The translations under genes were made by a program, and so were the position numbers. DNA of 64,000 nucleotides from a virus. This document shows, in pieces, positions 26,036-36,815 of the stretch; the stretch's first letter is position 1, and every line of letters begins with the position of its first letter. Where the stretch lies: positions 1 to 64,000 of IMG/VR virus record IMGVR_UViG_3300008952_000015. One strand, written 5' to 3'. The notes under the pieces are model-generated. The model did not search any database, had not been told where the DNA came from, and saw only the letters and a program-made list of their open reading frames with translations.

Positions 26036-29000
26036 ATATCTCTCCCATAAATTCTCTCTAAGTTAGATAAGGCTAGGTCCTTTTGGTCTAAATAGCTATT
26101 AACTTTACATATTGCTTTTATTGGCAGTCCATCTCTCAACATTGTTCTGTATCTTTCATAATCATCTGCCCATAAAGTCAGGCCACAAGTATCTCCATTT
26201 ACATCCTCGATGAGGTATTTTGCAAACTTCTTACCTATATTTTTACCATTTTTTATTGAAAATTCCTTTATTTTAGTTTTAATAATAGCCTCAACCTTAA
26301 TTCTTGTATTCTCGTTTAAGCTAGCGACTTGAGACAGAGGCGTTACCATTGAGCCTCCAGTAAAAAAGCTTTTAAAGACTTCGTGTAAATTCCCGCTTAT
26401 AGCCCTCCCAAGAACCTCTCTTTCGGAGAGAAGCATCTCTTTTCTGTCCCATTCTTCGTCAAGAGTGCCGAAATCTATTGCTGAGATAATGTCGCGAAAC
26501 TCATCGGATGAGATATCTATAGCGTGAGTCTTCATAAGCTCTGTCTTTTCGTCTTTAGCCAACTTTTTAAAAGCTGGATTATGAATTGTTGCTATTGCCT
26601 CTGTAGACTTTCTTATAGCGCCCCTTGCCTTAGATCTATACTTTTGATAGTTATCATGCATGTCCTTACGAGTTCTATTAAAGCAGTCTAAAGCCCCAGC
26701 TTTTACTAATGACTGAATTACCGTCTTTCCTACAGTTTTAGATTCATTTCTAGTCAGAAGCTCTGCAAAGTCGTTGTATGGCTGCATGTTTATTATACTA
26801 TAAATGGCCTTTTCTCCAACACCTTTTATTGCCGAAAGACCCGTAGATATCTCTCCATCCTTAAGTACGCCGTATTGCCCTGAGCTATTATTTATATGAG
26901 GAGGAGATACCTTTATTCTCATTTTTTTACATTCAGCCAAATACTCCTGCGCTTTATCACTGTTTGCATCTTCAGAATTAAGAAGGGCACACATGAACTG
27001 TGTCTTATAGTGACATCTCAGCCAAGCTGTATAAAATGATATGTGAGAGTAGGATATAGAGTGAGACTTGTTAAAGGCATATCCTCCAAGTGGTTCAATA
27101 TACTTTTTCCAGATTAAACTAGCTGTCTCATATGTCATCTCAGAGTAAGCCATGCAATCTTTTATAAAAGAAGCTTCCGTTCTCAAGACAAGATTGGGAT
27201 CCTTTCCTTTAAGTTTACTAATCTTTCTAAGGGCATCTGCCTGATTTAAATCCCAACCAGCGCAATCCTGGGCAACAAACAATGCTTGCTCTTCATAAAC
27301 CAAGACTCCATAAGTCTTGCTCAAAGCCCTCTCTAAAGTAGGGTGGTCATAAGCTACAGGCTCTAAACCCAGCCTTCTTTTAGCATAGCGTCTTCTCTCC
27401 GCAGGCAAACAAGACGGTCTGCCTATAGCATTAATTGCGCTTATATCCTCAATAGAAGACGGCTTGAGCTTTTTGCAGAATGGGGTTAGAGATGACTCTA
27501 GCTGAAATATTCCCGAAGTATCTCCCCTTCCGATCATTCTATATACGTCCTTGTCGCCTAAATCTATATCTTCTATAGACAGCTTTTTGCCCAAAGTCTC
27601 CTCTATTAACTTAAAGGTATTGTCGATAACTGTTAACGTCTTTAAGCCTAATAGGTCCATCTTAATAAGGCCATTATCTTCGCATCTTGTTTTCTCCCAC
27701 TGAGTTACAACATGTCCTTCGTCATCTATTCTAAGCGGAATAGAATCACTAAGAGGCTCGCTTCCGATAACAACCCCTGCTGCATGAACCGACCAATTTC
27801 TAGTTAAATTCTGAAGTTTTTCTCCATATTCTAATAACTCTGGATATTTTCTCATATATTCGGAAAACTGAGAACTATCTCTCATAGCCGAAGATAAATT
27901 TTTAGCATCAGGCATTATAGATGTTATCTTATTTGCAATCTTAAATGCAGAAGATTTATCTCCGCCCAACCTAAGGCTTCTTGCTACATCTTTTATTATA
28001 ACCTTTGGAGACAAAGTGCTCCAATTCGAAATGGACGCTACTTTATCTTCTCCATACTTATCTTTAATATATTCCTTGACTAAGCCTGGGTCTGAAAAAT
28101 CTGTGTCTATATCAGGGAAGGACTCCTTCTTGTTATTGTGAAATCTTTCAAAGATTAGCTCATACTTAATCGGGTCAATATCTGTAATCCCAGTTAAGTA
28201 GGCAACAAGAGATCCTGCCGAACTGCCTCTGGCGGGACCTACTGGCATCCTATCCTTTGCCCAATTTACATAATCTGCAACTATCAGCATATATGAGGAA
28301 AAATTCTTATCCTCAAGAACGCCCAACTCCATCTTGACCCTATCCCAATACTCCTCACGCTCATCCTTAGAAAGATGTGAGAGCTTTTTCTTAAACCCCT
28401 CTATACACTTATACCGAAGATACGACTTATCCTCAGAAATAGTAGAGCGACTCTTTTCTTTCCACTCTGAAAATTCATCGTAATCTGACTCCAGCGATGC
28501 TGCAAAAGAAGGAAGCTTTGCTCCCTGTGGCTTTATGTAATGAGGCTCGCTACAAGACTCCGTAATTCGTAAAGAATTTTTCATTCCAACTTCAGCAATC
28601 TCTCTTCCGAAGAAATCCGTAATCTCTTCATGCGTCTTTAGATACATATCTTGTACACCATACCTAAATCTGTCAGGATCATCCACCGCCTTCTTATCTT
28701 TTATAGCCAACATGAAATCATGATATTTTGCATGCTCCTTATCCCTATAATGAGCGTCACAAGTGATGACGTAAGGAATGCCCATATCAGCAGATAATCT
28801 TAATAAAGACTCGTTGAGCCTTTGCTGATTAACTTCTTTGCCACTTTTTGACACATCATACAGAGCATGAGGCTGCAGCTCCAGAAAGAACCTATCTTTG
28901 AAAATAGCATTCATCCTCTTGATATGACACACAGCCCTCTCTTCGTCATTATCTGTTATGAGAGTCTTTGCTATCAAGCCATTTGAACACGCAGTAAGCG

Positions 29001-29403
29001 CGATAACGCCCTCATTATATTTCTCTATATGCTCCCACGATACCCGAGGGGTCTTCTTTCCCATATACCCAGATACTTGGTTTTGAAATGCTGAATAATT
29101 TATATTTAGAAGATTTCTGTAGCCTACTTCATTCTGAGCTAGCAATACTAAATGATAATTTTTTCTCGTACTAAGATCATCTGTAAAATAAGCCTCCATG
29201 CCTGGAATTAATTTAACCCCAGTCTTCTGACTAGCAAGATAAGCGTCATAAAGAGCCGTTAAAGTTCCGTGATCAGTGACCGCTACCGCCGGGTGATCAA
29301 CCTCTTTCGCTCTCTCAAAGAGGTCATAGATGTCGTTCATTCCGTCTAGTGGCGAACCTAACTCCGTATGATTATGCAACGATACGAACATGCCCTTGCT
29401 CAT
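26032..29403 (-). CDS. dnaE: DNA polymerase III alpha subunit (family C)
   Basis: PHP domain LHNHTE..S.LDG, TDHG, DAHY; GPARGSSAGS, PDIDTDF, HAAGVVI, IKMDLLGL, GIFQLES, YAFNKSHS; C-terminal OB fold. Confidence 0.97.
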   Translation of the reverse strand: MSKGMFVSLHNHTELGSPLDGMNDIYDLFERAKEVDHPAVAVTDHGTLTALYDAYLASQKTGVKLIPGMEAYFTDDLSTRKNYHLVLLAQNEVGYRNLLNINYSAFQNQVSGYMGKKTPRVSWEHIEKYNEGVIALTACSNGLIAKTLITDNDEERAVCHIKRMNAIFKDRFFLELQPHALYDVSKSGKEVNQQRLNESLLRLSADMGIPYVITCDAHYRDKEHAKYHDFMLAIKDKKAVDDPDRFRYGVQDMYLKTHEEITDFFGREIAEVGMKNSLRITESCSEPHYIKPQGAKLPSFAASLESDYDEFSEWKEKSRSTISEDKSYLRYKCIEGFKKKLSHLSKDEREEYWDRVKMELGVLEDKNFSSYMLIVADYVNWAKDRMPVGPARGSSAGSLVAYLTGITDIDPIKYELIFERFHNNKKESFPDIDTDFSDPGLVKEYIKDKYGEDKVASISNWSTLSPKVIIKDVARSLRLGGDKSSAFKIANKITSIMPDAKNLSSAMRDSSQFSEYMRKYPELLEYGEKLQNLTRNWSVHAAGVVIGSEPLSDSIPLRIDDEGHVVTQWEKTRCEDNGLIKMDLLGLKTLTVIDNTFKLIEETLGKKLSIEDIDLGDKDVYRMIGRGDTSGIFQLESSLTPFCKKLKPSSIEDISAINAIGRPSCLPAERRRYAKRRLGLEPVAYDHPTLERALSKTYGVLVYEEQALFVAQDCAGWDLNQADALRKISKLKGKDPNLVLRTEASFIKDCMAYSEMTYETASLIWKKYIEPLGGYAFNKSHSISYSHISFYTAWLRCHYKTQFMCALLNSEDANSDKAQEYLAECKKMRIKVSPPHINNSSGQYGVLKDGEISTGLSAIKGVGEKAIYSIINMQPYNDFAELLTRNESKTVGKTVIQSLVKAGALDCFNRTRKDMHDNYQKYRSKARGAIRKSTEAIATIHNPAFKKLAKDEKTELMKTHAIDISSDEFRDIISAIDFGTLDEEWDRKEMLLSEREVLGRAISGNLHEVFKSFFTGGSMVTPLSQVASLNENTRIKVEAIIKTKIKEFSIKNGKNIGKKFAKYLIEDVNGDTCGLTLWADDYERYRTMLRDGLPIKAICKVNSYLDQKDLALSNLERIYGRDI

Positions 29404-29478
29404 TTATTCTCCTAATACAATTTTACTAAATCTATAACTATCTATAAAGGCCGAGCCCGGCGAACTAGCAGCGCCAGC

Positions 29479-29769
29479 TTATTCGGGGCAGCAAATACCT
29501 GATATGTTTTCATATATATCATTTACAACTTCCATATCAAGCTCTTTCTTCGCAGCGGAAAGGGCTTGAGTCAGCTCTTTCTTTGGAAGATTCTTTTGCT
29601 TAATAACATCTGCAGACCACTCTCGCCTAGACTCTTGGAGATCCTTAATCTGCTGGTCGTATACCATATACGTCTTAACGTATTCTTTCACATCATTCAT
29701 GCACCAAGAGGCATCTTGGTTGTCCTGGGATTCTGTTTCACTTTCGTCAAAAATTCTTACGATACTCAT
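29479..29769 (-). CDS. Small helical dsDNA-binding protein (T4 DsbA/GapR-like, putative)
   Basis: VKEYVKTYMVYDQQIKDLQESRRE...KNLPKKELTQAL pattern. Confidence 0.4.
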   Translation of the reverse strand: MSIVRIFDESETESQDNQDASWCMNDVKEYVKTYMVYDQQIKDLQESRREWSADVIKQKNLPKKELTQALSAAKKELDMEVVNDIYENISGICCPE

Positions 29770-29792
29770 AGCAACTCCTTTTGTTTCGTCTA

Positions 29793-32700
29793 TTATTTAT
29801 TTATGAGATTCCAAAGGGCAAGCAGCCCCTCGTCGTTGATTATACCCCCATAATACATGTTGGCATTTCTTTTTTCAGAAAATTTCACCAGCCCGAAGCT
29901 TGATACGGCCTCCTTTACAGGCTCCTCTAAGGGCGGTTGCAAATCACGTTTTACAAAGCTTGCAAGGTATTCGCTTATAGCTTCCGCGTATCTAGCAACA
30001 GAAATATGAGAAACCTTTTTTAACGATTTTTTATATTTCTTTAAACCCTTTTCGTCTTCTGGTAACGGAAAGTAATCGGGATCAGGCTCATTTTGAACGC
30101 CAGATATTATCGTATGTGCATAACAATGATCAAGGGAAAGTATGTCTGGACTATTTGGATCTCGCGCCCTATCTAATCCCTCTCTTGGACTGACGCCTTT
30201 GGAGCCAACCTTATTTGAAGGAAAAACGACATTCATGACCCTTATGTAAGCAGACGGATCTTCGGACACAGAGTCCGTTTGAGGGGTAGACCCTACTGGA
30301 TAAAACGAGCCCTGGCCCTTTACCCATAGGGGGAATCTTTTCAGCATTCCTCCTGCAACATTATTCTTCCGCTTCTCTACATCTTTGCCCTCAAGACCTA
30401 CCCATGCCATGCCAGAGGATCCTACCTCTGTCAATGCGGTCTCTATCGTCTGTCCAAATACTTCCCTAATATTCTTTCCGGAAATAACGCCACTCCCGAT
30501 AAGTCTTTTTATCGGATCCAGAAGATCAAGAGGATCTATTGTTGTGGATCCTAGTTGTCGTGAGTTGACATTGTCCAGTCTCAAGCTTATTTGCTCGGCC
30601 AATGTATCTAAATTATGAGTTTTTATTAAAAACTCTTCTACGGCCTCTTTTCTTCTGCTCTTAAGCTCATCGTCTCCCTTGGGCCACAGCTGATGCCCTC
30701 CCCATTCTGGCCCAAAGGCCTCCGAAGATATCATTCTATGCATGGTTACCCAGTCGACAAGCGGCAAATACAAAGAGCTTCTTGGCCTGAGCCTTTCTGC
30801 GCTACCTTCAAGATTGCTATGTATACCAATGCTTCCGCGATCTTTTACTGTAGAGATATTTCCTGACGCAACATTTAGTGGCAAGCCCCTATAAGTAGAG
30901 TGAAGGCTTGATATCACATCTCGGCACTGGGTTTCCATTGCCTTTCGATAACGTAATATGTATTCTAGCCCCTCGCTGCTTTTTGCTTTTCTCGCCCTAG
31001 CCTCATACTCCTCAGTCTCCAAAAGCCTCTTTTTGTAGGCACCGTAAATCTCTTCTATTCTAAGGAGAATCCTCAAAGCTTCCTCTGGAGGATCTCTTTG
31101 TAAAAAGCCTGACATATCCACACTTACCGGAGCATCAGATTCACTAGAGCTTATTTCGACCGGAATTCTAGTTCCCACTATTGGAAAGACTGGTTTTGAT
31201 GACGTTGTGTCAACTCCTTTGAAATCAATTGGAATTGGGACCCCAATATTGCTTTGGCTATATGGATCCGGAGGAAAGGTCATCTCACTTCCTCTTCTAA
31301 CAGATAATGGGCCAAGGAATAGCGTCTCTGACGAGTTTAGTCCAAGCTCATCATTGCTATAGCCAATAATTTTCTCATGTTCTCCTCGAACACTACGTGT
31401 CCCGGGATGATAAGCTATGCTTACACCTTCCGTCCAACCCTTGTTTGAGTTAGAAGACCCCGTTGCCCCGGTAAAGTCAGAGTATTCAGATGGGCCTCGG
31501 CCCATAGTAACAGAAAATACTCTCCAGCCATTCTCTCTATACGCCAAAGGAAGAGCTTCGTTTAGATCAAGAGATTCCGTTGATCCTGGCAAATCTTCTT
31601 TTGAAAGTACATAGCATTCATTAGAAGGCCCCAGATCAGGAAGGGTTATATCTATATCAAAAGAATGATAACCCCCTTTTCCGTCAAGGAGTTTGTAGAT
31701 GGGGTATATCGCGCCCTCTTTATCGGAATTTAGCCTAACTAACACTCCTCCAAAGGATGGGATAATACTCTCTGCGTCTACAGCGCCATGTCCTCCGTGA
31801 TACCTTCTGTACTTTCCGTCGGCATTTAAATTTATTGTAGTAAAGGGACTATTTGTCATAATGTTATCTATAATTAATCCCGCCCTCTTCACATCGTCAG
31901 GGCTTTCATGTTCACTTGCCTTGTGAACTATCTCTGACAGGAACCCTGTTATATATTCTGTTGACTTCTTCATATACTTGGCCGATGTGCAGGCTGTCCT
32001 TAAGGAAAATATTGCAGCCTGAAGGGCTTCAGAACACTCTGTGATAGGCGTTAGGCTCTTCGCATAAAAATCTTCTCTATCTCCTAACTGATCATATTTT
32101 CTGGCATACTCTTCAGAGCTTATTCCTATAACAATTTTATTTAAATCATCATGAGTAAGTTTTAATACCTTTTCAGCAGTTGATAAGTCAAGGCCTATAT
32201 CATATCCTATATATGAAGGAGATTCATTGTCCCTCATATATAAATTGTAAGAGTTAGACACAACGTCTGCTAGATATAAAGCGGAAGCGCCCTCTAGAGT
32301 TCTCCCCATATACTCTTTGCCCTTCATTTTAGCAACCTTGCTTGTAATGCCCTCTTTGGAACCAGTGGGTTTACCCTCTTCGTACCAATCGCCGCCCTTT
32401 CCTGTGGCTAATGGGTCGAGCAAGATTCTTGACCTATCCATCTCACTAAGAGCAGGGGGCTTGAGACTTCCTATTATCTCGTCTATAAGAGAGCCTGCAG
32501 TTGGTCCGCTAGGTCCTTTCTTTCCAAATAAGGATGTGTAATCTACCGCACCACCTTTTGTTAATTCCAATCGGAAAACATCACCCACCTGCTGGCGCTC
32601 AGTCGAACTCAAGTTAGCATAAGCACTTGGAATGGAGCGAAGAATAGACTTTGCTATGCCAACTGCCAAAAACTCCCTTACATTTTCTGGCGAATGATAC

Positions 32701-35700
32701 AGCATTCTTTTGTCAACAGATTGAAATTGACTTAAATATACTTCTGTAAAATAAGAGAAAGACTGTGCGAGAAGAGAATCTGCCTCTGCCGATAACTCGT
32801 CCTCCTCCTCTATCTCAACCTGCCTTATAATGGCCTCTATTGCACGCTTAGACCTGTCTGTTGCCACTGGCCCAAAGGACCCCTCTGTATCATCTTCTAA
32901 ATCTATAGCATCAGGACTACCTATCATAGAGCCATGTATCTCTAATGTTGTAGCGAGCTTTAACCAGCCTTGCATGCTCAGTAAAAATGAACGTAAAAGT
33001 CTTCCGATAACTGTCGTTGTCTGATTAAGACCCTCTTCTCCACGCTCGGCCAAACGCTTTGCGTTAGCGCCCTTGAGATCGCTTTGACCCCTTTCTTCCT
33101 CCCACCGACTCATAGATGCAGAACCTTCTGCGTCATGAGTTACATATTTACCATCTGAATCTTTAGTCCCCATACCTGTGAATGCTTCTGTTGATTCAAG
33201 ATAAGTTCGCGTAGCGCCATCTGCAGACTCTCGCTCCCTAGCCGAGCTAAGTGTATTGCCTTCTTCTGAGCCCCAAATAAAGTCTCTGGGGGCAGCATAA
33301 AATCCATAATGGTCGCCATTTGGCCCCTTAAACATAATTCTTTTTAGCTTTTTACCGGATATTTCACTATTCTTCCGCTTCCACTCATCATACAGATATT
33401 TCCGGCTAGAATCTGACCCTATAAGCTCGCTTTCCCTTGCCGCAGAAATATAGGCTCTATTATTTTTGTCTCTAAGGTTCTTGAAAGTATTTTCAAAATT
33501 TTCCTCACCCTCTGTAAGCAATACTCCAGATGCTATAACGCTATTTCTATCATATGCAAAAGCACTTCGGTTCTTAAAGTTTATTCCAGTATGAGTTCTT
33601 GCGAAATAAACAGAATCTCTCAAAGAAAATACATGACCATGTTGACAAACAAGCTTTATATCTCCAAGGATCTCCATTCGATTCATGTTTGTACCCTTAA
33701 CTCTTTTGGTTAAGTTTGCAGGAGAAGCCATTGCTACAGATAACAGCTGTGATATTTTATTTAGCCTGCCATAATTTTCCAAAATTGCCAACGTATCAGG
33801 CTTAGGCTTGTTCATTTCAGAGTCAATGTCATTCGAAATAGAATCTATAACTGGTGGCAGATTAATATCCGAAGAAGGATTACTAGGATCTTTAATAAAG
33901 GGAAGAATATCACTAAGGTCAACGCCAAGCTCCACAAGAGTGTCTACCAGAGCCTGAAGGGTCTCTGCTGCCTGAGGGCCCCTTTCCTCAGAAAAGAGAA
34001 CGGCGTCATCCATAAGGGTCTTTATAAGGGCCGGCAATGAGCCTTCTCCGTCCCTCAGAAAGGAGGATAAACTAGTCTTTGCCCCACACACTAAGTATGT
34101 CAGAGTACCCTCTACAAGGTTAGCTGGCTGGCCGGCTTCATTCACCGGAGGATATACCCTGGATCTTACTATGTCAATATGTCCATCTTCACCATATGCT
34201 ATTGAGTCTGCAGATATTGGCCCCGATATAGGGCTCGCTAAATAAGAATACTTAGACAAATATCCCTCGCTCTTAATAGCAGCGTTAGCCTTACTGGGAT
34301 CAGCCCGATCCTCGGGTGACATTTCTGGCAAAATATCAATTTTTGCGGGACAATTAAAAAACTTATTAGAAAACTTCCAGCCGCCGCCGGACCTTTTCTT
34401 CAGCTCAGACATAAATCTATCTTTAGCCGACGCATCTAACTCGCCAGACTCTATCGCCGCATCTAGCTTGGCCTCAAAAGTCTTCTTTCCAGAAGATCCA
34501 TCGGCTGGGCCTCTGATTGTTTGCAAAGACTCAGGAGAAACATTTCCTCCGGAAGATATTATGGGACTTGGATCAAGATATAAGCCGCACTCAAAGTCTG
34601 TAATTTTAGGCTTCCACTTTGTGCCGCCCTTCTTGGCATCCTCTATAGACTGAACAAGTTCGACCGGCCTATCCCTTTTATCTGAATAAGGACACTTGTA
34701 TTTCCTTGCTGATACAGGCTTATCTGATTCGCTAACTCTTCTGGCCCCAAGTTGACGAAAAGCTTCCGACCTCCTAACAACTCCCTCTATATGCTCTGCC
34801 TTAGAGCCTGAACTTACCAGAGAGCTTATCTCAGGCCACGTCTTGGCTCCAGCATATTCAGGATGAGATTCTGGAGGCAGAAAGCCTCCTTCTTTTTGGT
34901 TCAATACGTCTTCTGTTATTAGGTCTCCACTCTTTGTAAATAAACTATATGAGGGAACATCATATTCCGAGTAATCTGACTTCTCCACGGAACCACTTCT
35001 GCCGCTACCTTTTGGATTTATAATAGCGGTTCTTGTATAAACGTTCTTGCCGCAAACAGAACATGATGAATAATTCCAATGCTTTGTTTTTACCTGAAAG
35101 GCCTTATTGTAAGCAAGATGACACAGTATTGCTCGCTGAAGCCCTCTTGCTACCCAGCTGCAAAAGGAAGACCTGGCCCAAGCTCCCGATGCGCTTTTTG
35201 AAAAAAATGTTTGTATTTTATTATGCAGCTGATGCATAAAAATATCCATAAAAGTTGCACTTAACTTCTCGTAATTATCTCTAAACTTCGATGGGATACT
35301 AGAGCTCTCCCCTTCCCCCAAATGAAACACCTCTGTCTGTATATCTACGAACACCAATGAGCCGCATATAAGAGCTAAGTCTGAAGCCATTGAGCTTTCT
35401 GCATCTCTAAACTCAGAAGAGAGCTCATACCCCCTACTCCTTAAAGCCTTATGCACCCCAAAGCCTTTTTTCCTATAGTCTCTATATAACAAGTCCGTTA
35501 CATGCTGATCTCTCTTCTTGATTGCAGAAAGCAAGTCATCTGTCCGATTGGCCAGGCGTCTTCTTTTCTCGTTATAAGTAATAAGCGCTGCTCGAAGATC
35601 TCTGCCTTCTTCCTTTTTGGAAACGCCATCAAGCTCCTCCATCATTCTGGAGGCTTGGTCCGAGATTGTATCTAGCTCAAGCCCTACAGCCTGTCTTAGA

Positions 35701-36677
35701 GCGACCATCTTGTCCAGTGAAACCGAAACAACAGGGGGGTCTACTGTCTCATCAACAATCAGCCCTGTAGCCTTATCACCTAATTTCTTAAAAATAGGAT
35801 GAAAGTTTAACGGAGTAATATGATCATCTTCTTCTCTCGCAGCCCTAAGCCTTTGATAGTAATTATTTCCAGAATTTTCCGCTTCAAAAAACTTATCTGT
35901 CGTATCTACGCTCGTATAGACATTGTCTATATTTATTTTATCAGGCTCTGTCGGCCAATCATTTTGCCTTCCTGCGAATTTTCCGCTTACCGCCTCAAAC
36001 ATCTCTTCTGAGACAGCGTCAGAAGAATGTGGTTCATGAAGAGACTCTACGTCTAGAACAGGCTGCCGAATACGTTCGACTCTACTAGGAGCCTTGGGAT
36101 CTTCTGGCTCATCACCTTCACCTGCATAATATAAGCTTGTATTAAATTCATCTTCAAAAAAATCGCGAAGACCATACTCGCGTATAAAGAAGTCAATATT
36201 CTCTGCAGTCTCGCCCGATTCTTTATTAAGATTAATCTCAACGCCTGATGGCTGAAGAGCTATTGCCAAATATTCTGCAGCGTAAAGCACGCCACCTTCG
36301 TTGAAACGTGAATGAAAGTTAGTGTGAAGCTCCTTCATGAAAGCCTCTTCTTCCTTGCCCTGGCCTTCAGAGCCATAATCTTCCTCAGAGCCATAATCTT
36401 CCCGGCCTTCGGATTCATCATCATAATCGTCCTGCGGGTCCCAGCTAGTTAGAGTTCCCCACCCGTCGTCCTCGTCCGAGGGGTATGGATCTTCGTGGTC
36501 GCCGCCGTCGCCACCAAAAGTATCGTCTCTTAAAAGCCCAGGCTGATAGGGAGCTACCTGAAAGGCACTTGCTATTTCTTTGTGAACATCCCCTAGGGCA
36601 ATCACAAATTCACTATGAGCCTCCTCGCCTTCTATAGGTAGTTTTCTCAAGATTGCTTGAATTTTATATTTACTCAT
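29793..36677 (-). CDS. Giant hypothetical protein (2294 aa), possibly virion-associated
   Basis: Uninterrupted ORF with acidic N-terminus, scattered Cys/His motifs (CSVCG, KCPY, NCPA, VCGA, VCQHGH) and TACTAATA upstream. Confidence 0.75.
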   Translation of the reverse strand: MSKYKIQAILRKLPIEGEEAHSEFVIALGDVHKEIASAFQVAPYQPGLLRDDTFGGDGGDHEDPYPSDEDDGWGTLTSWDPQDDYDDESEGREDYGSEEDYGSEGQGKEEEAFMKELHTNFHSRFNEGGVLYAAEYLAIALQPSGVEINLNKESGETAENIDFFIREYGLRDFFEDEFNTSLYYAGEGDEPEDPKAPSRVERIRQPVLDVESLHEPHSSDAVSEEMFEAVSGKFAGRQNDWPTEPDKINIDNVYTSVDTTDKFFEAENSGNNYYQRLRAAREEDDHITPLNFHPIFKKLGDKATGLIVDETVDPPVVSVSLDKMVALRQAVGLELDTISDQASRMMEELDGVSKKEEGRDLRAALITYNEKRRRLANRTDDLLSAIKKRDQHVTDLLYRDYRKKGFGVHKALRSRGYELSSEFRDAESSMASDLALICGSLVFVDIQTEVFHLGEGESSSIPSKFRDNYEKLSATFMDIFMHQLHNKIQTFFSKSASGAWARSSFCSWVARGLQRAILCHLAYNKAFQVKTKHWNYSSCSVCGKNVYTRTAIINPKGSGRSGSVEKSDYSEYDVPSYSLFTKSGDLITEDVLNQKEGGFLPPESHPEYAGAKTWPEISSLVSSGSKAEHIEGVVRRSEAFRQLGARRVSESDKPVSARKYKCPYSDKRDRPVELVQSIEDAKKGGTKWKPKITDFECGLYLDPSPIISSGGNVSPESLQTIRGPADGSSGKKTFEAKLDAAIESGELDASAKDRFMSELKKRSGGGWKFSNKFFNCPAKIDILPEMSPEDRADPSKANAAIKSEGYLSKYSYLASPISGPISADSIAYGEDGHIDIVRSRVYPPVNEAGQPANLVEGTLTYLVCGAKTSLSSFLRDGEGSLPALIKTLMDDAVLFSEERGPQAAETLQALVDTLVELGVDLSDILPFIKDPSNPSSDINLPPVIDSISNDIDSEMNKPKPDTLAILENYGRLNKISQLLSVAMASPANLTKRVKGTNMNRMEILGDIKLVCQHGHVFSLRDSVYFARTHTGINFKNRSAFAYDRNSVIASGVLLTEGEENFENTFKNLRDKNNRAYISAARESELIGSDSSRKYLYDEWKRKNSEISGKKLKRIMFKGPNGDHYGFYAAPRDFIWGSEEGNTLSSARERESADGATRTYLESTEAFTGMGTKDSDGKYVTHDAEGSASMSRWEEERGQSDLKGANAKRLAERGEEGLNQTTTVIGRLLRSFLLSMQGWLKLATTLEIHGSMIGSPDAIDLEDDTEGSFGPVATDRSKRAIEAIIRQVEIEEEDELSAEADSLLAQSFSYFTEVYLSQFQSVDKRMLYHSPENVREFLAVGIAKSILRSIPSAYANLSSTERQQVGDVFRLELTKGGAVDYTSLFGKKGPSGPTAGSLIDEIIGSLKPPALSEMDRSRILLDPLATGKGGDWYEEGKPTGSKEGITSKVAKMKGKEYMGRTLEGASALYLADVVSNSYNLYMRDNESPSYIGYDIGLDLSTAEKVLKLTHDDLNKIVIGISSEEYARKYDQLGDREDFYAKSLTPITECSEALQAAIFSLRTACTSAKYMKKSTEYITGFLSEIVHKASEHESPDDVKRAGLIIDNIMTNSPFTTINLNADGKYRRYHGGHGAVDAESIIPSFGGVLVRLNSDKEGAIYPIYKLLDGKGGYHSFDIDITLPDLGPSNECYVLSKEDLPGSTESLDLNEALPLAYRENGWRVFSVTMGRGPSEYSDFTGATGSSNSNKGWTEGVSIAYHPGTRSVRGEHEKIIGYSNDELGLNSSETLFLGPLSVRRGSEMTFPPDPYSQSNIGVPIPIDFKGVDTTSSKPVFPIVGTRIPVEISSSESDAPVSVDMSGFLQRDPPEEALRILLRIEEIYGAYKKRLLETEEYEARARKAKSSEGLEYILRYRKAMETQCRDVISSLHSTYRGLPLNVASGNISTVKDRGSIGIHSNLEGSAERLRPRSSLYLPLVDWVTMHRMISSEAFGPEWGGHQLWPKGDDELKSRRKEAVEEFLIKTHNLDTLAEQISLRLDNVNSRQLGSTTIDPLDLLDPIKRLIGSGVISGKNIREVFGQTIETALTEVGSSGMAWVGLEGKDVEKRKNNVAGGMLKRFPLWVKGQGSFYPVGSTPQTDSVSEDPSAYIRVMNVVFPSNKVGSKGVSPREGLDRARDPNSPDILSLDHCYAHTIISGVQNEPDPDYFPLPEDEKGLKKYKKSLKKVSHISVARYAEAISEYLASFVKRDLQPPLEEPVKEAVSSFGLVKFSEKRNANMYYGGIINDEGLLALWNLINK
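36367..36402. repeat. 18-bp tandem duplication encoding EDYGSE x2
   Basis: tcagagccataatcttcc x2. Confidence 0.9.
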
Positions 36678-36753
36678 CTTATTCCCTTAAATTAAACCAC
36701 ATAGCAAAATAACTGCTCAACAAATATTCTTTTATAATCATCTCTATTCTTTT

Positions 36754-36761
36754 TATTAGTA
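36754..36761 (-). promoter_or_regulatory. Candidate late promoter TACTAATA upstream of the 2294-aa gene
   Basis: Exact match to the motif at 12638-12645. Confidence 0.5.
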
Positions 36762-36815
36762 ATATAATCCTCTTCTGTAATATTAAAATATTATAGCGGC
36801 ATAATACTGCGTATA

